Origin: Candidatus Woesearchaeota archaeon
Lineage (GTDB): Archaea > Nanobdellota > Nanobdellia > Nanobdellales > Nanobdellaceae
DNA length: 8,711 nt
Reading direction: 5' to 3'
NCBI GenBank assembly: GCA_964468425.1
Contig: CAYXSZ010000050.1
Span: 1-8,711, forward strand
Each line of letters opens with the position of its first letter. Positions within the stretch are counted from its first letter, which is position 1. The notes below the pieces were generated by a model that worked only from the letters and a program-made list of their open reading frames with translations, was not told the origin of the DNA and searched no databases. The position numbers and the translations under genes are program-made. Shown piece by piece: positions 1 through 6,837 of the stretch.

Positions 1-79
1 TAAGTTTTTCTTCAGGAGTCTTTGCTTCCTCAAAAAGCTCCTTTGCCTTGTAAAACTCTGGTGGAGCGTTTGTAACCAT
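1..79 (-). CDS. 5' end (26 codons) of a gene that runs off the left edge; the N-terminus resembles archaeal DRG-family (COG1163, TGS-domain) GTPases
   Basis: It is absent from the ORF track because it has no stop codon in the window. The reverse complement of 1-79 reads ATG GTT ACA AAC ... = MVTNAPPEFYKAKELFEEAKTPEEKL. Its ATG (77-79) overlaps the TAA of the PIN gene (79-81) as TAATG, which is typical translational coupling. The family call rests only on my recollection of an AKTxEEK(I/L) N-terminal helix in archaeal DRG-like GTPases, and 26 aa is too short for certainty. Confidence 0.4.
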   Translation of the reverse strand, partial: MVTNAPPEFYKAKELFEEAKTPEEKL

Positions 80-492
80 TATATCAAGTGAAGCTCCTTT
101 CCAGCGTAATAAACTACGTGTATCTTGAGCCTCCTCAAAACTTCTCTTAGGTTTCTGTCCTGCGTGCACACGACCCAGCTGTTTGGCTCTTTTATCACAG
201 TTTCGACAATCAGATGATCTGTATTTTTGTTAACTGGCGTTTCTATTACTTCTACGTTACTTTTTTTGATGTATTGAATTACTAGCTTGTAAATGTTTCT
301 CCATTTTTCAGACTTCGCAGTTTTCAACTTATTTTCAACTTCCCAAATATTTTTTCGCAGAGTGTAAAACTTTTCAATTAGAAAACCTTTTCTCTCCAGG
401 AATTTCGGAAGTTCTTCAAAAATGTCGAAGTTCTCGTAAAATGGAAGGAAGAAGAAGTTGGTGTCTATTAAAACTTTATACGACCTTTCCAT
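79..492 (-). CDS. PIN-domain ribonuclease, Fcf1/Utp24-like (COG1412 type), 137 aa
   Basis: The N-terminal VLIDTNFF motif carries Asp10, and NTDHLIVE carries Asp92. The C-terminal VVCTQDRNLREVLRR carries Asp112 and matches the xTxDxxLrrrl signature of Fcf1-type PIN domains. The size is about 130-150 aa as expected. It lies directly downstream of aIF2-gamma and overlaps it by 17 nt, a linkage I recall as conserved in archaea. Confidence 0.8.
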   Translation of the reverse strand: MERSYKVLIDTNFFFLPFYENFDIFEELPKFLERKGFLIEKFYTLRKNIWEVENKLKTAKSEKWRNIYKLVIQYIKKSNVEVIETPVNKNTDHLIVETVIKEPNSWVVCTQDRNLREVLRRLKIHVVYYAGKELHLI

Positions 493-1690
493 GACCGATT
501 ATTCTCCAACGGTTTCGGATTTTTTTACCCAAAATTATTTTGTCCCCTTTATTCGCTAGAATGGGTTTGGAAAGCTTCAGTCTCATTTTATTTTTTTTGT
601 TATCAATGACGTATCCGATCGAAATGATGCTGTAAGCGGAGACCAAAATTTCATCCCCTTTTTGGATTGAAGGTACACTAACTTCTTCTTTTTCTCCGAT
701 TACTTTATCAAAGAGTTCGTATTTTATTTCTACTTCATCCAATTGTTCCGGAAGCTTTCCTGGGAGACCTACGAGCTGTCCTGAAAGGGTGTCTTCCTTG
801 GTAACAAAAGGATCAAGTCCTGTTGAAATCCCGGCAGTTCCTCCCGGATGAATTTCCTTAACTTTGCATCCTCCTTGTCTCAGCTCTCTAATTGTAGTTC
901 TAATCGGTGTCCAGTTCTTACCAATTCTCAAACCTGGACGAATCTCGATTTCGTCTCCTTCTTTTAGTTTACCCCTTAGCAAACTACCACCGAGAACCCC
1001 ACCCACAAGTTTTTCAATTGGTGTTCCAGGTTTATTTACATCGAAAGAACGAGAAACTAAGAATAATGGATCTGCTTCAAGGTCTCTTTCTGGATTTGGA
1101 ATACTTACTAGAGCCTCAAGCACATATTGAATGTTGATTTCATGAACGGATGAAACTGGGATTATAGGGATTTTCTCTGGATCGTATCCAAATGATTTTA
1201 GAAATTCTTTTATTTGTTCGTAGTTTTCTATAGCCTCTTCCTTTGAAACTAAATCTATTTTGTTTTGAACGACGATCAATGGCTTGTCTCCGAGAAGCTT
1301 GAAAGCCATTAGGTGTTCTCTCGTTTGAGGTTGTGGAACTGGTTCATTTGCAGCGATAACTAATATAGCAGCGTCGACGAGCGCCGCTCCTGAAAGCATA
1401 GTAGTTATCAAGGCTTCGTGACCGGGGGCGTCAACAATTGAAATCTTTTTAACAGCTTCTAAGTCCTTTCCACAAATTGGACAACTTTTTTGAACAAAAT
1501 AGCCGTGCTCCGAACATCGATAAATCGTGAAGTCGGCGTATCCAAGTTTTATGGTTATTCCTCTCCTCAGTTCTTCAGAGTACTTCGAGAGCCACTGACC
1601 GGTGAGGCATTTTGCTAAACTCGTTTTTCCGTGATCGACGTGTCCGAGGATAAGTATTGATAAATCTGGATAAATTTTTTCATTAGTCAT
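476..1690 (-). CDS. eif2g: Translation initiation factor aIF2 gamma subunit, 404 aa
   Basis: The GTPase motifs are G1 GHVDHGKT (res 16-23), G3 DAPGH and G4 NKIDL. A zinc-knuckle insertion (RCSEHGYFVQKSCPICG) sits in the G domain. Domains II/III follow with typical EF-Tu-like beta-barrel sequence (GGVLGGSLLRGKLKEGDEIEIRPG). Length and layout match archaeal aIF2-gamma. Confidence 0.97.
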   Translation of the reverse strand: MTNEKIYPDLSILILGHVDHGKTSLAKCLTGQWLSKYSEELRRGITIKLGYADFTIYRCSEHGYFVQKSCPICGKDLEAVKKISIVDAPGHEALITTMLSGAALVDAAILVIAANEPVPQPQTREHLMAFKLLGDKPLIVVQNKIDLVSKEEAIENYEQIKEFLKSFGYDPEKIPIIPVSSVHEINIQYVLEALVSIPNPERDLEADPLFLVSRSFDVNKPGTPIEKLVGGVLGGSLLRGKLKEGDEIEIRPGLRIGKNWTPIRTTIRELRQGGCKVKEIHPGGTAGISTGLDPFVTKEDTLSGQLVGLPGKLPEQLDEVEIKYELFDKVIGEKEEVSVPSIQKGDEILVSAYSIISIGYVIDNKKNKMRLKLSKPILANKGDKIILGKKIRNRWRIIGHGKVV

Positions 1691-1712
1691 TTAAGTTAAC
1701 TTTGAGAAAAGC

Positions 1713-1718
1713 TTTAAT
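1713..1718 (-). promoter_or_regulatory. Possible internal promoter (minus-strand ATTAAA) for eif2g, next to the radB stop codon
   Basis: This is the only non-overlapping junction in the minus-strand unit, a 28-nt spacer at 1691-1718. The minus-strand ATTAAA centre at 1715.5 is 25.5 nt from the eif2g ATG at 1690, the same spacing as the clear promoters. The box is weak and AT-rich background makes a chance match plausible. Confidence 0.3.
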
Positions 1719-2408
1719 TTAATATTCCGATTCGAAGAGCCCTCGAGTGGCTATTCTAAACAAAACGCTTCTCCCTTCTGGAAGATATCTATGCTTTCTT
1801 AAAATTGCTTCTCTTACTCCCTCTCGAACGATCCTCAACTCTACGAGACACTTTGACCAGTATTTGATTAAGTCTCCTCCCACAACTTCTAGTTTTTCCT
1901 TTTCTTCAAAAGAGCTGTAAACTTGGTTCGTTACTAGAACGGGAATTTCGTTCTTTCTTGCAATGTCTGCTAAAAGCTGAAGCTGTCTTGCAAGCTCTCT
2001 ATTTACCTCTCTAGCCTCTTCATCCCCTAATTCAAGTCTATAGAGCATTGAAATGGAATCTATAACCACCAATCCAATTTCATCTTTCTTATTTTTAATG
2101 TAATCGTATGTGAGAAGAATGTATTTTTTCTGTTCTTGAAACGTTGTTGGTTTAAACAGAATAACTCTTTGTGAAATTTCTTCAAAATCCTTTCCAGCTA
2201 ATTGCTTTAAGCGCTCGACGGAGTAACCTCCCTCAGTGTCTATAAAAATTACTTTTTTGCTTGATCTAGCTACAGATGCTGTTGTAGAAAGAGCTACGTT
2301 TGTCTTTCCGGAGCCAGCGGGACCGTAAAATGTCGTAATTATGTCTTTTTCAAGACCTCCATCGAGAAGATTATCTATGGGCTTAGATCCAGTTGAAACT
2401 TTGTTCAT
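1719..2408 (-). CDS. radB: DNA repair/recombination protein RadB (short RecA/RadA paralogue), 229 aa
   Basis: The N-terminus STGSKPIDNLLDGGLEKDIITTFYGPAGSGKT contains the Walker A motif GPAGSGKT. The Walker B-like motif is LVVIDSI. There is no N-terminal HhH domain, and the ~230 aa size distinguishes RadB from RadA. Confidence 0.9.
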   Translation of the reverse strand: MNKVSTGSKPIDNLLDGGLEKDIITTFYGPAGSGKTNVALSTTASVARSSKKVIFIDTEGGYSVERLKQLAGKDFEEISQRVILFKPTTFQEQKKYILLTYDYIKNKKDEIGLVVIDSISMLYRLELGDEEAREVNRELARQLQLLADIARKNEIPVLVTNQVYSSFEEKEKLEVVGGDLIKYWSKCLVELRIVREGVREAILRKHRYLPEGRSVLFRIATRGLFESEY

Positions 2409-3559
2409 TTGTAAATGTAAAGTAAGAATCCTTTTAAGTATTCGAGTTCTTTGTGCGGAAACTTTACTTTATGGTCGTACGCTTGATGCAATCTAGCAAT
2501 TAACTCGAATTTCTTTCCTTCTCTCCGAATTATCGATTTTAACATTGCAAAGAATTTTTGCTCCTTTAGATCCTGAGAACACGAAAATGTAGCTAAATAC
2601 CCATCATCTATGATTTTTATCGCTAATTGATTTGCGAGTGCGATAGATTTTAATCCTTTTTTGATACCTTCCGCAAGCAGATCTGGAGGATCAAGAACTA
2701 TAAAATCGAATCTTTGTCGTCTCAAATACATGGTTTTTAAAACTTCGAATACATTAGCTCTAACTATTTTTGAGTTTTGAACCTGATTTAGCTCGAGGTT
2801 CTTCTTTAAAATTTCTATAGCGCTCTTACTCTTATCGATGAATGTTACTTCACTAGTTTTCTCCGAACAAATTATACCGAATGATCCTGTGTAGCAAAAA
2901 GCGTCTAACAACTTTTCACACTCTGCAAATCTTTTAACTATTCTCCTGTTTTCTCTTTGATCCAAAAACCATCCAGTTTTTTGACCCCTTGTTGGATCTA
3001 TCAGAAACTTCTTTCCTTCCTCCACGATAACGCTTCTTGGATCTTCTCCAAAGAGCAACCCTTCTCTCGGATCGAGAAGCTCATCTTCCCTACTTTTTCC
3101 AACGCTTTTTTCATAAATAGTTTTTATGGAGGATTCTACTTCTAAAATAGCTTGCTTCACGAGATCTATATTTCGATCAAAAAATGGATTTGAGTTTTGA
3201 ATAACTACAAGGTCGTTGAATTTATCTACAACCAAGCCGGAGAGATTATCAGATTCTGAGTAAATCCAACGATAGTGACTTCCATAACCGATTTTTTCTC
3301 TGTATCTCTTTGCAGTTTTCAACTTCCGAACCAGGTCATCTAAAGGATCGTAGTTTTCGCTTAGCGAAAGTATTCGAATGTATCTTCGGGGGTTTCTTGG
3401 ATTTATTGTTGCCCAAGCCACGAAAACCTTCCCGTAAACTAACTTTACTAAGCTTCCCGCGGGGATCTCTTTGAACTTAACTTCTTTAACGGAAAAAACT
3501 TGCTTTCCTCCTAAAATCTTGTTTCGCACCCGTCTAGAGATTCTTATTTCATACTGCAT
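2405..3559 (-). CDS. PUA-domain class I SAM-dependent RNA (cytosine-C5) methyltransferase, RlmI/PH1915-like (COG1092), 384 aa
   Basis: The N-terminal region is PUA-like (GSLVKLVYGKVFVAWATINPRNPRRYIRIL). SAM motif I is LLDAFCYTGSFG and motif IV is FIVLDPPD. The catalytic-Cys motif is TFSCSQ. The size is the same as the archaeal COG1092 proteins. A 4-nt ATGA overlap joins it to the radB start. Confidence 0.85.
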   Translation of the reverse strand: MQYEIRISRRVRNKILGGKQVFSVKEVKFKEIPAGSLVKLVYGKVFVAWATINPRNPRRYIRILSLSENYDPLDDLVRKLKTAKRYREKIGYGSHYRWIYSESDNLSGLVVDKFNDLVVIQNSNPFFDRNIDLVKQAILEVESSIKTIYEKSVGKSREDELLDPREGLLFGEDPRSVIVEEGKKFLIDPTRGQKTGWFLDQRENRRIVKRFAECEKLLDAFCYTGSFGIICSEKTSEVTFIDKSKSAIEILKKNLELNQVQNSKIVRANVFEVLKTMYLRRQRFDFIVLDPPDLLAEGIKKGLKSIALANQLAIKIIDDGYLATFSCSQDLKEQKFFAMLKSIIRREGKKFELIARLHQAYDHKVKFPHKELEYLKGFLLYIYK

Positions 3560-4886
3560 ATTCTAAAGAAAGAAGTAGATAGTAGAACGCGGAATCTTTG
3601 TCTCCTTGGGCATAAAGGTCTTTCGCGTACTCGAGATAGCTATAGGCTGATATGGAGAATCCGTTTCGATTGAAATAGTATTCTATCAGTCTTTCGATAC
3701 TCTTGAAAGCCGTTTCGTTTCTATAGGTTACTAAAGAAGCATAAACTTTTGCCAAATATTCTCTCATCTCGAAACAATCTGTGGTGTTTGGTAGCTGCGG
3801 GTAAAGATATCTCATCGCGGTGTAGTCCCTCTTAATTTGAGAGCAGGTGTCTTTTCTATCTATTTGGTTGGCAATTTGGAAGAACTTGTACCATCCCGTT
3901 GCCGTGTAATACCTCCAGTATTTTTTGCTTTCGTTGAGCTTCTTAGCCATTTTCAATCTGGAAATAACCTGGTACTTGATCTCCTTACACTCATAGGTAT
4001 AGCAAAGGGTGTTGTTTACTTGCGAAAGTATTCTGCTTATCATTCTGTTAACTTGATCGTCCGTGTAGTTGACTTCGTAACTCTCTGACTTGATTCTAAA
4101 GCAGTAACTGGCAGCGGAATAGTAGTCTCCTTTCTCCATGAGCGCCTGAACGGTCTCGTTGGATATCCCTTTACACATATCTTGTGCGATCTCGCGAATA
4201 ACATACTTATACGATTCGGGAACGGAAAACGACACATTTACAGTCTCGTTGAAATAAATCTTTAGCAAATCTAGGATAGTGTATGCCGAAACTATGTGCT
4301 TTCCAGAAGTGGGAGCAACTAACTTGTTAGAAACCTCTAAGCTCGCGTTAATTTTCTGCAGAATCCCTGCTACGGGCGCGATGACCCCATTTGGTAACAT
4401 AAATCCTGTTATTGGATAGTCGTGGTTCCTAATCTTGTGTTTTAGGTGTTTCTCGAAGAATGATAGAATTAAAAGGGAAAAACCAGCAGTTCCTGATAGA
4501 CCTTCTCCGTAGATCACATCGTTGGAATAAAATAAGTACGAATATCGATCGCAGTCGTCAAACAACTTGCAAACGGCGTCCTTTGCAAATACAAATCCAA
4601 CCGAAGATTCCTTTTCGAAGAACGGTGGTAAACTAATAAAAACTTTCCCCGTTCCCGAGAGAACGTTGAGACAAAAACGCGTAATTACACCTTTGTTATC
4701 AGAAACAGCTGGTATGTATATACAATCAGTGTACACGGTTTTATTACCCGTAACATAGCTTTTTGGATAAGATTTAAAGCTTGAAAACGCTTTTGGAAAC
4801 GCTGTTTCGATTAAAATTCCACCAACTATTCCAAAATAAATCGCAGCAGCAATTAATACGACCCAAGTAAGCTTATTTCTTTGCAT
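3549..4886 (-). CDS. Membrane-anchored extracytoplasmic protein with an ATPase-less Lon-type (S16-like) Ser/Lys protease domain and a Cys-rich TPR-like helical C-terminal domain; function uncharacterised
   Basis: The ORF track gives 3549..4970, but I prefer the Met29 start at 4886 (MQRNKLTWVV...), as explained in the findings. There is one TM helix (TWVVLIAAAIYFGIVGGILIETA, nt 4800-4868) preceded by R/K residues, so the topology is N-in. Residues ~85-222 follow the Lon proteolytic-domain pattern: GEGLSGTAGFSLLILS compares with DGPSAGitmatAlvS, and ITGFMLPNGVIAPVAGILQKINAS compares with aMTGEitlrGrVlpIGGlkeKllAA. The Ser codon is at 4494-4496 and the Lys codon at 4353-4355. The C-terminal ~220 aa are helical with TPR-like motifs (GDYYSAASYCFRIK, AKDLYAQGDKDSAFYYLLLSLEYA). 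The protein has 10 Cys and 10 N-x-S/T sequons. The domain assignment comes from my manual pattern alignment only. Confidence 0.6.
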   Translation of the reverse strand: MQRNKLTWVVLIAAAIYFGIVGGILIETAFPKAFSSFKSYPKSYVTGNKTVYTDCIYIPAVSDNKGVITRFCLNVLSGTGKVFISLPPFFEKESSVGFVFAKDAVCKLFDDCDRYSYLFYSNDVIYGEGLSGTAGFSLLILSFFEKHLKHKIRNHDYPITGFMLPNGVIAPVAGILQKINASLEVSNKLVAPTSGKHIVSAYTILDLLKIYFNETVNVSFSVPESYKYVIREIAQDMCKGISNETVQALMEKGDYYSAASYCFRIKSESYEVNYTDDQVNRMISRILSQVNNTLCYTYECKEIKYQVISRLKMAKKLNESKKYWRYYTATGWYKFFQIANQIDRKDTCSQIKRDYTAMRYLYPQLPNTTDCFEMREYLAKVYASLVTYRNETAFKSIERLIEYYFNRNGFSISAYSYLEYAKDLYAQGDKDSAFYYLLLSLEYAV

Positions 4887-4907
4887 GACTGTCTTTTGGA
4901 TTAAAAG

Positions 4908-4914
4908 TTTTAAA
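4908..4914 (-). promoter_or_regulatory. TATA box (minus-strand TTTAAAA) for the Lon-like gene and the six-gene minus-strand unit; leaderless geometry
   Basis: The TTTAAA core at 4909-4914 has its centre at 4911.5, which is 25.5 nt from the ATG first base at 4886. No Shine-Dalgarno-like GGAGG/GGTG lies between them. Confidence 0.55.
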
Positions 4915-4929
4915 CGATAATCTAAAGCC

Positions 4930-4937
4930 TTTATAAA
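4930..4937 (+). promoter_or_regulatory. TATA box TTTATAAA for rpl3-sppA; leaderless geometry
   Basis: TTTATAAA at 4930-4937 has its centre at 4933.5, which is 25.5 nt upstream of the rpl3 ATG at 4959. It is preceded by the purine-rich CTAAAGCC, a BRE-like sequence. There is no SD. Confidence 0.6.
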
Positions 4938-4958
4938 CATTTTCTGGGCTAAGTAAGA

Positions 4959-5969
4959 ATGCCACAGCATGGTCTACATAGACCCAGAAGAGGTTCGATG
5001 GGTTTCTGGCATAGAAAACGAGCTAGCAGGATTTATCCCCGAATAAAGAGCTGGCCAAAGATCAAGGATACAAAACCCGTAGCATTTGCTGGATACAAAG
5101 TCGGAATGACTCACGTATTCATCAAAGACAATAGAAAGAACTCCGTTACGAAAGGGGAGGAGATTTATGTTCCAGTAACTATCATCGAAGTTCCTCCCCT
5201 AAGAGTAGCTGGTGTAAGGCTTTACAAGTTGACCTTAAATGGATTCAAGAGTTTAACTGAGGTTTGGTCTCCGAATACTGATCCAAGGATAAAGAGAAAA
5301 ATATCTACGTTCAATGTTAAAGACTTTGACGCCAAGTTAAACAAGATTGAATCCGAGCTCCTACCAGAAGCTTCTATGCTTAAGTTAATAGTCCATACGC
5401 AACCCTGGTTGGCTGGAATTGGAAAGAAGACTCCAGAGGTGTTCGAGATTCCTCTTGGAGGAGAGAATGTTGAAGACGCTTGGAACTACGCTAAAAATCT
5501 TTTAGGAAAAGACCTACCAATTACAGAAGTATTCTCGGAAGGAGAGCAAGTAGATGTAATTGCAGTTACAAAGGGTAAAGGATTTGAAGGGGAAGTAAAA
5601 AGATTTGGGGTCAAAATAGCTCCGAGACCTCATAAAGACGATAGAAGAGCGAGAGGAGCCAAGTCTAAGGGTGCTTGGGGATATCATAGAATCTTACCAA
5701 CAACTCCCATGCCCGGTCAAACGGGATACCATAGAAGAACAGAGTATAACAAGTGGTTGATAAAAATTTCGGACAAACCCGAAGAGATTAATCCTCCATC
5801 TGGATGGCCGCACTATGGATTGGTTAGATCTGCTTGGATAGCTCTTAAAGGGACTGTTCCAGGTCCAGCCAAGAGGTTAATTGTTTTGAGAAAGGCAATA
5901 AGACCTAACGAAAAGATACCATCTGAAGCTCCAGAGATTACTTACATCTCCTTAGCGGCGAAGAACTAA
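4959..5969 (+). CDS. rpl3: Large-subunit ribosomal protein uL3 (L3), 336 aa
   Basis: The N-terminus HRPRRGSMGFWHRKRASR is typical of the family. Other matches are GYKVGMTHV, VTKGKGFEGEVKRFGVK and MPGQTGYHRRTEYNKWLIKI. The length is typical of archaeal L3. Confidence 0.97.
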   Translation: MPQHGLHRPRRGSMGFWHRKRASRIYPRIKSWPKIKDTKPVAFAGYKVGMTHVFIKDNRKNSVTKGEEIYVPVTIIEVPPLRVAGVRLYKLTLNGFKSLTEVWSPNTDPRIKRKISTFNVKDFDAKLNKIESELLPEASMLKLIVHTQPWLAGIGKKTPEVFEIPLGGENVEDAWNYAKNLLGKDLPITEVFSEGEQVDVIAVTKGKGFEGEVKRFGVKIAPRPHKDDRRARGAKSKGAWGYHRILPTTPMPGQTGYHRRTEYNKWLIKISDKPEEINPPSGWPHYGLVRSAWIALKGTVPGPAKRLIVLRKAIRPNEKIPSEAPEITYISLAAKN

Positions 5970-5970
5970 T

Positions 5971-6837
5971 ATGTTTTCTTTTTTCCAAAAGCTTAGATCT
6001 AGATTATATTGGTACAGTGTAAACAGGAAGCTTCAAAATATAATTTTTATCGTGATCGCAGCTGGGTTCTTAATTGGTTTTTATTTTCTGTTTAGTAGAG
6101 TAGTATTTCCGAAAAAGACTGTTTATGTTATAAGAATCACCGATTTCATTAGCTATGACACGATGGACATCGATAGACTTTATAACTTTCTGAAGACTTT
6201 TCATGGAGATGGAATTCTTCTTTACATCGATTCTCCTGGCGGGGGAGTTGAGACCTACAGAATCGTCGAAGCCATAAAGAATGTTTCTGCCCCTAAACTA
6301 TGTTATATTCATTATTATGGAACTTCGGGGGCTTATTGGATTTGTTCTCAAGCTGATAGAGTTGTTGCAGAACCTTATGCAATTACGGGCTCGATCGGAG
6401 GAATTATTGAATATCTCGACTTCTCGGGGCTACTCAAAAAATTAGGAATAAATCCAATCATTATCAAGGTTGGGAAGTACAAGGATATAGGAAATTCGTT
6501 TAGAAATATCACTCCCGAGGAGCGAGACATTCTCTATCGTAAGCTCAAGCTCTTTGTAGACGTATTCAAGCAGGATGTTCTTGATAAGAGAAATATAACA
6601 AACGTTTCTGAAGCATTTTCTGGGGAATGGTTCTTTGGAGTCGAGGCTAAGAAACTGGGGTTGATTGACGAGCTTGGAGACTACGAAACTGCTAAGGAAG
6701 AGATGGCTAAGCTCCTGAATACGAGCGTCGACAACATAAACTTCGTAACTGTTTCCTTTGAAAAGGAAAAACCTTTGCTTCTAAAACTGCTGGGCTTTTC
6801 AATTGGAGATTTAGTTAAAAAAGTAATTATCTCTTAG
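5971..6837 (+). CDS. sppA: Signal peptide peptidase SppA, 36K type (peptidase family S49, ClpP/crotonase fold), membrane anchored, 288 aa
   Basis: The N-terminal TM helix is NIIFIVIAAGFLIGFYFLF, preceded by basic residues. The LLYIDSPGGGV motif is present. The catalytic Ser lies in YYGTSGAYWIC (Ser119, nt 6325-6327) and the catalytic Lys in VGKYKDIGN (Lys171, nt 6481-6483). The C-terminal GEWFFGVEAKKLGLIDELG motif is typical of S49. The ATG lies 1 nt after the uL3 stop (TAAtATG). Confidence 0.9.
   Translation: MFSFFQKLRSRLYWYSVNRKLQNIIFIVIAAGFLIGFYFLFSRVVFPKKTVYVIRITDFISYDTMDIDRLYNFLKTFHGDGILLYIDSPGGGVETYRIVEAIKNVSAPKLCYIHYYGTSGAYWICSQADRVVAEPYAITGSIGGIIEYLDFSGLLKKLGINPIIIKVGKYKDIGNSFRNITPEERDILYRKLKLFVDVFKQDVLDKRNITNVSEAFSGEWFFGVEAKKLGLIDELGDYETAKEEMAKLLNTSVDNINFVTVSFEKEKPLLLKLLGFSIGDLVKKVIIS
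6817..6822 (-). terminator. Oligo-T (T6 on the minus strand) terminator for rplX-pfdA, embedded in the sppA coding tail
   Basis: AAAAAA at 6817-6822 on the + strand reads as TTTTTT on the minus strand. It begins 5 nt after the pfdA stop (6827-6829). Confidence 0.5.

Noticed and set aside
79-492. The PIN-domain gene as a VapC toxin of a toxin-antitoxin or defence module
   Set aside because: There is no small upstream antitoxin ORF. The gene overlaps aIF2-gamma, and its C-terminal TQDRxLRxxLRR motif is of the Fcf1/Utp24 housekeeping type, not VapC-like.
864-1137. Plus-strand track ORFs 864..1130 (88 aa) and 907..1137 (76 aa)
   Set aside because: They are antisense to the unambiguous aIF2-gamma gene. 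Their composition is low-complexity and rich in S/L/P. I see no recognisable motifs and no promoter context.
2957-3145. Plus-strand 62-aa ORF
   Set aside because: It is antisense to the well-supported methyltransferase gene and has the junk-like composition typical of shadow ORFs in AT-rich DNA.
3837-4758. Track ORFs 3837..4088 (+), 4040..4237 (-, alternative frame) and 4567..4758 (+)
   Set aside because: All are embedded in the 473-aa ORF, which has coherent TM, Lon-like and helical architecture. They have no start context and no motifs, so I treat them as shadow ORFs.
4887-4970. The 28-aa N-terminal extension of the membrane protein (ORF-track start at 4970)
   Set aside because: It would overlap the rpl3 start by 12 nt and place both divergent TATA boxes inside coding sequence. 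Met29 at 4886 gives a canonical signal anchor and the 25.5-nt TATA spacing seen at other promoters in the window.
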